Assembly: GCA_044369655.1 (NCBI GenBank)
Contig: JBILWX010000001.1
Coordinates: 56,133 to 120,132, forward strand
Reading direction: 5' to 3'
DNA: 64,000 bases
From: Pirellulales bacterium
GTDB lineage: Bacteria > Planctomycetota > Planctomycetia > Pirellulales > UBA1268
Numbering within the stretch: the stretch's first letter is position 1; each line of letters starts with the position of its first letter. Position numbers and translations under genes: made by a program. Positions 40,678-49,024 of the stretch are shown here, piece by piece. The notes under the pieces are model-generated. The model was not told where the DNA came from and did not search any database. It worked only from the letters and a program-made list of their open reading frames with translations.

Positions 40678-41364
40678 CTAGTTCGGCGCGGCGCCGATCG
40701 CCACTTTCACGCGGCGTGGCATGGACATCCGCGAGAAAAGACCGACCGCACCGGCGGGCAGACCGAGGAATTCCAGGCGTGCGAACCACGACGGCACCTC
40801 GGTGGCCAGTTTTCCCACCGCCGTGCCCCGCAGATCGAGTGAGCGCAGGTTCTTGAGACCCTTGAGTTGCAGGAGCCCTTCGTCGGTGAGGCTCCCGCCG
40901 GCCAGATCGAGCACGGCCAGGTCGAGGAGCGACTCGGCCCGGAATCCCAGCAGGATCGCGAACACGTCATCGGCGGCAGGTCCGTGAAGCCGCACCGAGA
41001 CGAGTTTGTCGGCGACATGGCCGAAGTCTTCCCCAAACGACTTGCGGAGCCAGTCGGTCTCCTCCATCTCCACCTCGCCGCCGCGCTCGATCGTTTCCGT
41101 CACGACATCCTGCTGCTGGGCATAGGCCTCGACCTTCGATGCCAGCCATTCGAGCTTGCCCGCCTTGAACCGCACGAACTCGTTGGCCTCTTCATAGGCC
41201 TTCTGCAGCCGGATGAACTGCTCCGGGTCGCCCCCGCGGTCGGGATGCATCTCCTTCGCCTTGAGCAGATAGGCCTGCTTGACGTCCTCGGCAGTGACAG
41301 GCGGCAGCAACCCCAGGGCGACCAGGCACTTTGGGTGGTGTGGGGAGGACTGGGGGTTGTTCAT
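40678..41364 (-). CDS. J-domain (DnaJ-like) protein with C-terminal leucine-rich repeats
   Basis: J domain with an intact HPD (AYLLKAKEMHPDRGGDPEQFIRLQKAYE). The C-terminus has LRR-like LDLAGGSLTDEGLLQLKGLKNLRSLDLRGT. Confidence 0.7.
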   Translation of the reverse strand: MNNPQSSPHHPKCLVALGLLPPVTAEDVKQAYLLKAKEMHPDRGGDPEQFIRLQKAYEEANEFVRFKAGKLEWLASKVEAYAQQQDVVTETIERGGEVEMEETDWLRKSFGEDFGHVADKLVSVRLHGPAADDVFAILLGFRAESLLDLAVLDLAGGSLTDEGLLQLKGLKNLRSLDLRGTAVGKLATEVPSWFARLEFLGLPAGAVGLFSRMSMPRRVKVAIGAAPN

Positions 41365-41507
41365 AAGCCGTCGCCGCCACGAGAACCGAGTTGCATGCCT
41401 CTGGCAGGGTAAAGGCACGGCGAACCGCGTGCAACGCTCATCTTGATCCCGTTGGCAAGGATGCCTATTTTCCCTGGGTGTCAGGAGATGCCAAGGAGGG
41501 CAGGCCG

Positions 41508-43583
41508 ATGCGAGCATGGTGGCGGATGTGCAGCGAGCGACTCGGAGTGGTGTGTGGTTCCAGCCGACGCCCGGGACCGGTCCGCGAGATCGCCGCCGCG
41601 GTGCTCGTGGTGGCCGTCTGCCTGGCGTGGCGGGGGCTTTCCGGATCGCCCCAGGCCGACGCCAAACCGCCGCAGAAGCCGGCACCGGCCGCCGCCAAAG
41701 CCAACCCGGCGACGGGCAAGCTGGGCGCGTCGCCCGATGCTGCCGACCGCGTGATGGCGCTGGTCAACGGCGCCGAAATCACGCACGACCAACTTGCCGC
41801 CGAGTGCCTGAGCCGCCACGGAAACGCCGTTCTGGAGGCGCTCGTCAATCGCGAGATCATCGCGCAGGCTTGCGGACGGCAGGGCATCGCCATCACGAAA
41901 CAGGATGTCGACCTCGAGATCGACTCCATGGCGAAGCGGTTCAGCGTGCCCCGCGACAAGTGGATCAGTCTCATCGAACAGGAACGCGGCATTTCGCCCC
42001 AGCAATACTCGGAGGACATCGTCTGGCCGATGCTTGCGCTCAGGAAGCTGGCCCATGCCGGCATCGAGCCGACGCCAGGGGAGCTGCAGAAAGCGTTTGA
42101 AAACCAGTTTGGCGAGGCGGTCAAGGCGCGGATCATCGTGGCCCGCTCCCAGAAGGAGGCCGAGCAACTGCGGATGCAGGCGTTGGCCGCACCCGATGAT
42201 TTCGGTGGCTTGGCTCGACAGCATTCCGTCGATGTCGGGAGCGCCAGCGCCAATGGCTGGGTTCAGCCGATCCGCCGTCATGCCGGCGATCCGGGGTTCG
42301 AACGGGTCGTGTTCTCGCTGCAGCCCAAGGACATCTCACCGGTGGTGCAGGTAGCCGATCAGTTCATCGTCGTGAAGTGCGAGGACCGTCTCCCCGCCGC
42401 CGACGTGAAGCTGGAGGATGTCCGCGCCCGCCTGCTCGAGGATCTCCGCGAGCGGAAGAGCCGATCGGCTTCGGGCGAGGTGTTCCGTGCGCTTCAGGAT
42501 GCGTCGACCGTGGAAAACGTGATGAACGACGCGGCCAAAGCCGCCGCCAGCCCCGGGGTGGCTGCGCGTGTCAATGGTCAGGCGATCGAGATTCAGGCGG
42601 TGCAGGCGACCTGCATCGAACGCCATGGCCGCGACGTGCTGGAGATCCTCATCACCCGCCGGCTGCTCGACCAGGCCCTCAGCCGCGAGCAACGCACGGT
42701 GACGCAGGCCGACATCGATGCCGAGGTGACCCGCGCCGCCGAGACCATGGGATTCCGCAAGCCGGACGGTTCGGCAGACGTCGCCGCCTGGTTCGACCGC
42801 GTGACGCGTGAGCAGAAGGTTCCGCTGCGGCACTACATCGAGGACATCGTGCAGCCGACGGTGGCGCTCAAGCAGCTCGTGGGCAAGGTTCCCGTGATGC
42901 AGGAGGACCTCGACAAGGCCTTCGAAGCGACGTTCGGCCCCCGCGCCAAGTGCCGGATCATCGTGATGGACAGCCAGCGGCGGGCACAGGAAGTCTGGCA
43001 GCTCGCCCGCCAGGATCCGAAGCCGGAGCGGATCGGCGATCTCGCCGAACAGTATTCCGTCGACCCCACCAGCCGCACGCTTCGCGGCGAGGTGCCGCCG
43101 ATCCAACGCTACGGCGGCCAGCCCACGCTCGAACGGCAGGTGTTCGCCCTCAAGCCGGGCGAACTGTCGGGGATCGTGCAGATCGCCGATCGCTTCATGG
43201 TGATCCTCTGCGAGGGGTTTACCGAGCCGGCACAGGTGAAGTTCACCGAGGTGCGGGGCGAACTCTACGACGACATCCACGAGAAGAAGCAGCGGATCGA
43301 GATGTCGCGGTATTTCTCGCACCTCCGCGAGGCCGCCACGATCGACAATTTCCTGGCCGGCACCAGCCAATCGCCCACCAAACCGCCCGCCGGCGGCCCC
43401 GGCCAGACGACCGTCGCCACGCCAGGACTCCAGGCCGGCACGGTGCTCTCGAAGGCCACGGCTCTCCCCGGGGGACTCGAGGCGGATGCGGGCCAGCCCC
43501 GCGCCGGCAGCCGCAAGGCTGCACCGCCGGCGCCCGGTCAATCGGGCGTGCGGCCGGCATCGCTCGACGCTCCCGTCCGGTAG
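41508..43583 (+). CDS. Secreted SurA/PrsA-like peptidyl-prolyl isomerase with two parvulin domains
   Basis: Signal/transmembrane anchor and two parvulin-like blocks (ARIIVARSQKEAE...FIVVKCEDR and CRIIVMDSQRRAQ...FMVILCEG). Confidence 0.75.
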   Translation: MRAWWRMCSERLGVVCGSSRRPGPVREIAAAVLVVAVCLAWRGLSGSPQADAKPPQKPAPAAAKANPATGKLGASPDAADRVMALVNGAEITHDQLAAECLSRHGNAVLEALVNREIIAQACGRQGIAITKQDVDLEIDSMAKRFSVPRDKWISLIEQERGISPQQYSEDIVWPMLALRKLAHAGIEPTPGELQKAFENQFGEAVKARIIVARSQKEAEQLRMQALAAPDDFGGLARQHSVDVGSASANGWVQPIRRHAGDPGFERVVFSLQPKDISPVVQVADQFIVVKCEDRLPAADVKLEDVRARLLEDLRERKSRSASGEVFRALQDASTVENVMNDAAKAAASPGVAARVNGQAIEIQAVQATCIERHGRDVLEILITRRLLDQALSREQRTVTQADIDAEVTRAAETMGFRKPDGSADVAAWFDRVTREQKVPLRHYIEDIVQPTVALKQLVGKVPVMQEDLDKAFEATFGPRAKCRIIVMDSQRRAQEVWQLARQDPKPERIGDLAEQYSVDPTSRTLRGEVPPIQRYGGQPTLERQVFALKPGELSGIVQIADRFMVILCEGFTEPAQVKFTEVRGELYDDIHEKKQRIEMSRYFSHLREAATIDNFLAGTSQSPTKPPAGGPGQTTVATPGLQAGTVLSKATALPGGLEADAGQPRAGSRKAAPPAPGQSGVRPASLDAPVR

Positions 43584-43598
43584 GCTGACCCCGCTCGG

Positions 43599-43662
43599 CC
43601 GAGATTTACCCTAGCCGAGATTTACCCTAGCCGAGATTTACCCTAGCCGAGATTTACCCTAT
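43599..43662. repeat. 16-bp tandem repeat, 4 copies, unit CCGAGATTTACCCTAG
   Basis: Read directly: units start at 43599, 43615, 43631 and 43647 (last copy 15/16). The sigma-factor stop codon (CTA on the plus strand, 43659-43661) lies in the last unit. Confidence 0.95.
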
Positions 43663-45200
43663 TCGAGTTCCGGCAGGACCGCCTCCTCGGCGGCCGCCTC
43701 ACGGAGTTTCTCCATCGCCTTGGCCTCGATCTGCCGGACGCGCTCCTTCGTCACGCCCAACGCCGAACCGACTTCCTTGAGCGTCTGCGGCTCATGCTGA
43801 TGGTCGAGGCCGTATCGGCGGATGATGATCGTCTGCTCACGTGAATCAAGACGGTTCAGGAATTTGCCCACCTGCTGCAGCCGATCGGTCTCCGCCAGCC
43901 GCTGCTGGTGTTCATCCGGCCGCAGATCGGTCGCCGCCTGCAACAGTTCCATGTCGGCCGCCCGGAAACGGTCGCGTCGGCGATGCTCGTCGGGAATGGT
44001 GCGGGCGTAGTTCTTCATGATCGCCCACGACGCATAGGTGCTGAACTTGTTGCCCCGGGCGTAGTCGAACTTTTCCACGGCGCGGATCAGCGACATGTTG
44101 CCGTCGCTCACCAGGTCGAAGAAACTGTCGCCGGGCGACACCCGCCGCTTGGCGATCGACACCACCAGCCGCAGGTTGGCCCGCACGATCCGGTTCTTGA
44201 TCTCGACGATTTCCCCGTAGAGCTTGTCGATCTGGTCCATCAACCGCGCATTGGGCCGATCGAGGTCGAGCTGTGTTCGCAGATCCGCCGCCTTGTGCTT
44301 CAGGTAGTTGAACTTCCGGAACAGCCACACTTCCTGTTCCCGCGTCAGCAGCGGCACCTCGTAGAGGCTCGCCAGGTACGCGGGCAGGCCGGACGGCCGC
44401 CGCACACGCTTGGCGGGCTCGTCGAGGCCAGGAAAGGGCTGGTTCACCACCTTTTCCGCACTCTTCCTGGCGAACAGCGCGTTGGGGATGCAATCCAGCG
44501 GCAGTTCCATGATGTGATCGGCGCGCCGCGTCAGGATCACGCGATAGATGCTCGCCTTGGAGCGGTGGTAGCGCTTCGCGATCGATTCCACCGGTTCCCC
44601 ATGCTGGTAGTGCTGATAGATCCGCTCGCAGCTTTCGGGCCGCAGCCGGCCGTCGGCAATCGGAAACACCGCCTCGGACGGATGCTCCTGATCGTGCCGC
44701 TTGATCGTGTAGCGGATCGTCTCCACGCTGCGGTTGAGCCGACTGGCGATCCGCCGATGCACGTCGGCCGGGCAGGCGCCGGCGGCTGCCAGGCGACGGG
44801 CCCAGCCGATGATCCGGTCGTGTTCGTCCTGCGACAGCTGGCTGAATCGGCTGCCTCGCTCGATCCGCAGCGGGTTGTCACGGATGAACCGGTCGACCGC
44901 GCTGGCAAGAAAGCCCACCCGCCTGCGGCCTCCGACGAGGTGCCGTTCCGCCACCAGGCCGTGGTCACGCCAACGGGAGATCGTCTTCGTGGAGACATTG
45001 AAGCGATTGGCGAGATCCTCGATCGAGAGCACCTCGTCGCCGTCCGCGACCGGAACGTTCTGTTCGTCGATCAGCGGGATTCCGGGAGCGGTGCGACCCG
45101 CGGCGGATTCGGCATCACCGTGCCCGCCGTCGAACCGGCCGTAGTCAGTCGGGATCAGGTGGAAAGAACCAGCAGACGAAGCATCAAAATTCGATCGCAT
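43659..45200 (-). CDS. Sigma-70 family (RpoD/SigA-like, regions 2-4) sigma factor with a long N-terminal HTH-containing extension
   Basis: Regions 2 (DLVSDGNMSLIRAVEKFDYARGNKFSTYASWAIMKNYAR), 3 and 4.2 (LKEVGSALGVTKERVRQIEAKAMEKLR). The N-terminal ~230 aa carry an excisionase/MerR-type HTH (LSIEDLANRFNVSTKTISRWRDHGL). Start chosen at MRSNFD. Confidence 0.8.
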   Translation of the reverse strand: MRSNFDASSAGSFHLIPTDYGRFDGGHGDAESAAGRTAPGIPLIDEQNVPVADGDEVLSIEDLANRFNVSTKTISRWRDHGLVAERHLVGGRRRVGFLASAVDRFIRDNPLRIERGSRFSQLSQDEHDRIIGWARRLAAAGACPADVHRRIASRLNRSVETIRYTIKRHDQEHPSEAVFPIADGRLRPESCERIYQHYQHGEPVESIAKRYHRSKASIYRVILTRRADHIMELPLDCIPNALFARKSAEKVVNQPFPGLDEPAKRVRRPSGLPAYLASLYEVPLLTREQEVWLFRKFNYLKHKAADLRTQLDLDRPNARLMDQIDKLYGEIVEIKNRIVRANLRLVVSIAKRRVSPGDSFFDLVSDGNMSLIRAVEKFDYARGNKFSTYASWAIMKNYARTIPDEHRRRDRFRAADMELLQAATDLRPDEHQQRLAETDRLQQVGKFLNRLDSREQTIIIRRYGLDHQHEPQTLKEVGSALGVTKERVRQIEAKAMEKLREAAAEEAVLPELE

Positions 45201-45712
45201 CACACACCTCCAGTGCCGGCTGTCCGTGCCGGATAGTGAAAGGCGAAGACCAGCAGGGGGAATCCAGTGGCGAGGCTGAGCAGTTGCAGCTTCGGCCGGA
45301 CCCTGATGCCAGATCACTCCGCGATGACTCACACCGCGTCCCCGCGTGTTGACCGTTTCCGGCGGCGTGCCGAGGGTCATCCGTAACCCGCTGCCCGCCT
45401 CGCGAGGACGTCAGAGTTATACGGCCGCGGTCCAGAAACGGTTCATCTCCGGGAGGTGTTCTTGAGTTTTTTTGAGGTGGCCCATACCACCGCTCGGCCA
45501 GCGGCCGCCAGCGAACACGCCACAACCCGCTGTCCGCCAACGGTTTGCGGCCAGCGGGGCGTTGTCTTTAATTCTCGCTTGGCAGCCGCTCCGATAGTGA
45601 TGGATCGGTAAAACAAGTGGTTTAATCTGCCTGGACACCTGGTATTTCCGCGGGCCGTCACTGGTCCGTCGAAGACTAGTGATCGAGATCTCGAGGCACC
45701 TCTGGAGGGGGG

Positions 45713-47353
45713 ATGATGGGCAGGACTGCCGAGGCGATGCGGGCTGGACGATCGGTGGCTGGCACGGGCTGGCCGGCTGCTGGCGGCGAACGAAACGGCA
45801 ATCCAGGCCCCGTTGCGGGACTGCTCTGGAGCCGTTGCCTCCTCGCCTGCCTCCTCGCCGCGGTCTGCGTGGCGGCGATCGAGCGGGCGTCGGCGGAGGA
45901 GGCGACGCCGGCGGGCATCGGAGAGGCGGTGCCCTCCGCGACCCGGGTCCGCGTCAAGCTCGACGTCTCCGGAGAACTGACGCTGCCGGCCGTCGGCGAA
46001 GCCGCTCCTGTACGTGAACCGGTGGAGATGGCAGCCACGTTTGATTTCGATGAAACACCGGCCGCCGGCGTGGGACAGGCGGGGGCTGCCAAGGCGGCGG
46101 TCCGCCGCCGCTATCGGGATGCCGCGGCTGCCATGCGGATCGGCGAGTCGAGGACGAGCGCGACACTGGCGGCGGACGCGCGCGAGCTGCTCGTGGCCAG
46201 ATGTGGGACCACGCCGCTGCCCTACCTGGTGGATGGGTTCCTGTCGGGTGAAGAGTCCGACCTTCTGGAAACCCCGTTCGATGCTCTGCTGCTCGACGAG
46301 CTGCTGCCGAGGGACTCCGATGCCGGAGTGGCACTCGCCGAAGCGTGGCAGATTTCCGGCGACCTGACCGCTGGCTTGTTGGCCATCGACACCGTCGAGT
46401 CGGGCGGTCTCGAGGCGCGTATCGAGCAGGTGACCGATGGACTGGCGCAAGGAATCATTTCGGGCATCGTCGCCGGCGCCGTCGACGGCGTGCCGACCCA
46501 CGTGACCGTCGAGGGCAGTTTCACAGTGTCGGCCCGGGATGCCGCCGCCAACGAGGACGCCGACCCGAACCAATCCGCGCGGTATCTGCTCGATGGGCGG
46601 GTCAGCCGGGCCGCGGTCGTGATTGTGGAGCGGCGGCAGGCGAGCCATGTGGCGCCGGGGTTCGAGGTGGAGGCGCGGCTGGCCATCGAGCGGGCGCCCG
46701 TCGAGGCAGACTGCATGGATCCTGACGTCGTTGCCGAGACTGCTTCGCCGGCAGGGCGGCGGCGGGGCGCGGGTGGGCCGGGGCAGATCTGGTATCGCGA
46801 CAGCCAGGGCCGCCTCGACCTCGTCCATGACAGCCGTTGGCGGCGGGTCGAGGACGGCGCGCATGGGCTGGTGCTGCGGCTGGTGGACCGGGGGGCATTG
46901 GTCGGCCAGTGCTCGATCACGAGCCTGCCGCAGGCACCAGCCACCACTCTCCCCACCCGCGCCGACGTGCAGCGCGACATCGAGCGGTCGCTGGCGGGAC
47001 AACTCGAACGCATCGTCGCCGCCGAGGAGAGCGATCGCACGGATGGTTTGCGGGTCGTGCGGGTCGTCTCCTCCGGCACGGCGGGCCGCCTGCCGTTTCG
47101 GTGGATCCACTACGTGGTGGCGGCCCGGGATGGCAGTCAGGTGGGTGTGACCTTCATGTTCGAGGAGTCGATGCAGCAGCGGTTTGCGGATGCCGACCGG
47201 CCGCTCGTGGAGTCGTTGCGGCTGGCGACGGCTTCCGGGCAGGACCGGGTGCCGGGGGCGGGGCAGGAAGGGGGGCAGGCAAACCCCGAAAAGGCGACAC
47301 CGGAGCCACCGGCTGGGCAGACCGCCACCCTCCCCGGGGCTGCCCTGCAATAG
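45713..47353 (+). CDS. Hypothetical secreted protein (546 aa)
   Basis: GC3-rich ORF with a hydrophobic signal-like segment (LLWSRCLLACLLAAVCVAAIERASA). No recognisable domain. Confidence 0.55.
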   Translation: MMGRTAEAMRAGRSVAGTGWPAAGGERNGNPGPVAGLLWSRCLLACLLAAVCVAAIERASAEEATPAGIGEAVPSATRVRVKLDVSGELTLPAVGEAAPVREPVEMAATFDFDETPAAGVGQAGAAKAAVRRRYRDAAAAMRIGESRTSATLAADARELLVARCGTTPLPYLVDGFLSGEESDLLETPFDALLLDELLPRDSDAGVALAEAWQISGDLTAGLLAIDTVESGGLEARIEQVTDGLAQGIISGIVAGAVDGVPTHVTVEGSFTVSARDAAANEDADPNQSARYLLDGRVSRAAVVIVERRQASHVAPGFEVEARLAIERAPVEADCMDPDVVAETASPAGRRRGAGGPGQIWYRDSQGRLDLVHDSRWRRVEDGAHGLVLRLVDRGALVGQCSITSLPQAPATTLPTRADVQRDIERSLAGQLERIVAAEESDRTDGLRVVRVVSSGTAGRLPFRWIHYVVAARDGSQVGVTFMFEESMQQRFADADRPLVESLRLATASGQDRVPGAGQEGGQANPEKATPEPPAGQTATLPGAALQ

Positions 47354-47390
47354 CCGCCGGCTGGCGGTTTACCCAGATTCCCGCAGGCCT

Positions 47391-47420
47391 GTTGACGCTG
47401 CCCCCCGGTCCTTGGGATAG
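47391..47420 (+). promoter_or_regulatory. Candidate sigma-70-type promoter for the infC operon (TTGACG-N18-GATAGT)
   Basis: TTGACG at 47391-47396 and GATAGT at 47415-47420. This would give a leader of about 170 nt. Planctomycete promoter rules are poorly known. Confidence 0.3.
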
Positions 47421-47594
47421 TATCTGGCTTGTCCGGTCGCAGCCCGGCGAACGATTCGTTCGCCGCTGGGTGACGCCGGGAGTGCCGAGGAGGAATGTCG
47501 CCGACACATTCCGTGCCAGTGCCTGGCGCGCGTGGTCGCTGTCTTCCCGGCCTGCGAAGGTCACTTCGCATCCGACGTCCGGGAGGCGTGAGCC

Positions 47595-48095
47595 ATCGAG
47601 AAGCAGCATCGCATCAATGAACAGATCCGGATCACCCCGATTCGGGTGATCGCCGATGATGGCGAACAACTCGGGATCATCCCGACGGAAGAGGCTCTGA
47701 GCCGCGCTCGCGAGGCTGGGCTCGATCTGGTCGAGGTGGCGCCGAACGAGAAGCCGCCTGTCTGTCGGATCATGGACTTCGGCAAGTTCAAGTATCAGCA
47801 AAAGAAGAAACTTCACCGCACGCACGTCCACCAGACGAAAATCAAGGAAATCCGCCTGCGTCCAAAGACAGGCGATCACGATATCGAGTTCAAGGTCAAT
47901 CAGGCGAAGGGATTTCTGCAGCACAAAGACAAGGTGATCGTGTCGGTCGTGTTTCGAGGCCGTGAACTGGCTCACATCGACGAGGGGCAGCGGGTCATGC
48001 GAAACATCATCGAACAACTCGATCCCGTCGGAAAAATCGATTCCCCTCCGCAGCAGATGGGCCGTCGGCTGGTCTGCACGCTGTCTCCCAAATAA
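47595..48095 (+). CDS. infC: Translation initiation factor IF-3, starting at a non-canonical ATC codon
   Basis: The conserved N-terminal INEQIR...DDGEQLGI lies upstream of the ORF-track start (47646). The frame is closed by TGA at 47589. Between that stop and INEQIR there is no ATG, GTG, TTG or CTG. ATC at 47595 sits 8 nt after GGGAGG. Confidence 0.85.
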   Translation: MEKQHRINEQIRITPIRVIADDGEQLGIIPTEEALSRAREAGLDLVEVAPNEKPPVCRIMDFGKFKYQQKKKLHRTHVHQTKIKEIRLRPKTGDHDIEFKVNQAKGFLQHKDKVIVSVVFRGRELAHIDEGQRVMRNIIEQLDPVGKIDSPPQQMGRRLVCTLSPK

Positions 48096-48226
48096 ACATC
48101 GTCAAGTAATCCTCGTCGGGCAGTCCTCGTCAGCCAGTCCGCGTCAGCAGGCTTTCACGGCACCGCACACTCCCGCATTCAACCGTTCTTCCGTCCCTCT
48201 TCCTTCCCGATACCAGAGATTCAGTC

Positions 48227-48430
48227 ATGCCGAAGCAAAAGACCCACAAGGGCGTCAAGAAGCGTTTTCGAGTCACCGCCCGGGGCAAGGTGAAGCATCG
48301 CCGCGCCGGCACGAGCCATCTGCAGGTACGGCTGACGAGCAAGCGGAAACGCAATCTCCGCGGCACCGCCGTGCTCGCCGTTCCCGAGACGGCGAAGATC
48401 GTCGAGATGCTCGGCGGCTACAGCTACTAG
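48227..48430 (+). CDS. rpmI: 50S ribosomal protein L35
   Basis: MPKQKTHKGVKKRFRVTARGKVKHRRAGTSH is a canonical L35 sequence. Confidence 0.95.
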   Translation: MPKQKTHKGVKKRFRVTARGKVKHRRAGTSHLQVRLTSKRKRNLRGTAVLAVPETAKIVEMLGGYSY

Positions 48431-48642
48431 ACCCAATACAAACCCGGCGCGGCTTGCCGGCGGCTGGGGCGTGAACCGCCCCGAAACCCGCCGGTGTCGC
48501 CCCGAACCCCGGCAGGCCCTCCCGGCCTGACGGATCCCGTCAGACCCTCCGGCCTGACGGGGTGTTGCGGCCCGGAATCCAGGGGCCTTGAAAATCCCGT
48601 TGAAATCGCGACAGTGTCCGTTCCAGAAGGCAAGCCAAAACC

Positions 48643-49020
48643 ATGCGCACTAAAAACGTCGTTCCGCGTCTCCGAGCCAAGAAGCGTCTCTTCAAGCGGG
48701 TGAAGGGCTCGGTCGGCGGCCGTCGTCGCCTGCTTCGCACCGCCAAGGAATCAATCATCCGCGCCGGCGTCTATGCCCGGCGTGACCGGCGGCGCAAGAA
48801 GCGGGATTTCCGGCGGCTCTGGATCGTGCGGATCAATGCCGCCTGCCGCGAACGCGGTCTGCGGTACAGCCAGTTCATCGCCGGCCTGGAAAAGATCGGA
48901 TCGGAACTCGATCGCCGCACGCTGTCCGAGATGGCCGTGCTCGATCCGACCGGCTTCGACGCCGTCGTGAATGCGGCTCGAAAGGCCCTTGGATTGCCGG
49001 AGCCGGCTGCGGTCGCGTAG
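48643..49020 (+). CDS. rplT: 50S ribosomal protein L20
   Basis: RAKKRLFKRVKG...RRDRRRKKRDFRRLWIVRINAA is a canonical L20 sequence. Confidence 0.95.
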   Translation: MRTKNVVPRLRAKKRLFKRVKGSVGGRRRLLRTAKESIIRAGVYARRDRRRKKRDFRRLWIVRINAACRERGLRYSQFIAGLEKIGSELDRRTLSEMAVLDPTGFDAVVNAARKALGLPEPAAVA

Positions 49021-49024
49021 TGCC

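Noticed and set aside
45443-47350. 635-aa minus-strand ORF opposite the 45713..47353 hypothetical gene
   Set aside because: The plus-strand frame has a signal peptide and a more protein-like composition. The minus frame is R/P/G-rich. The choice is not certain, hence the moderate confidence on the plus-strand call.
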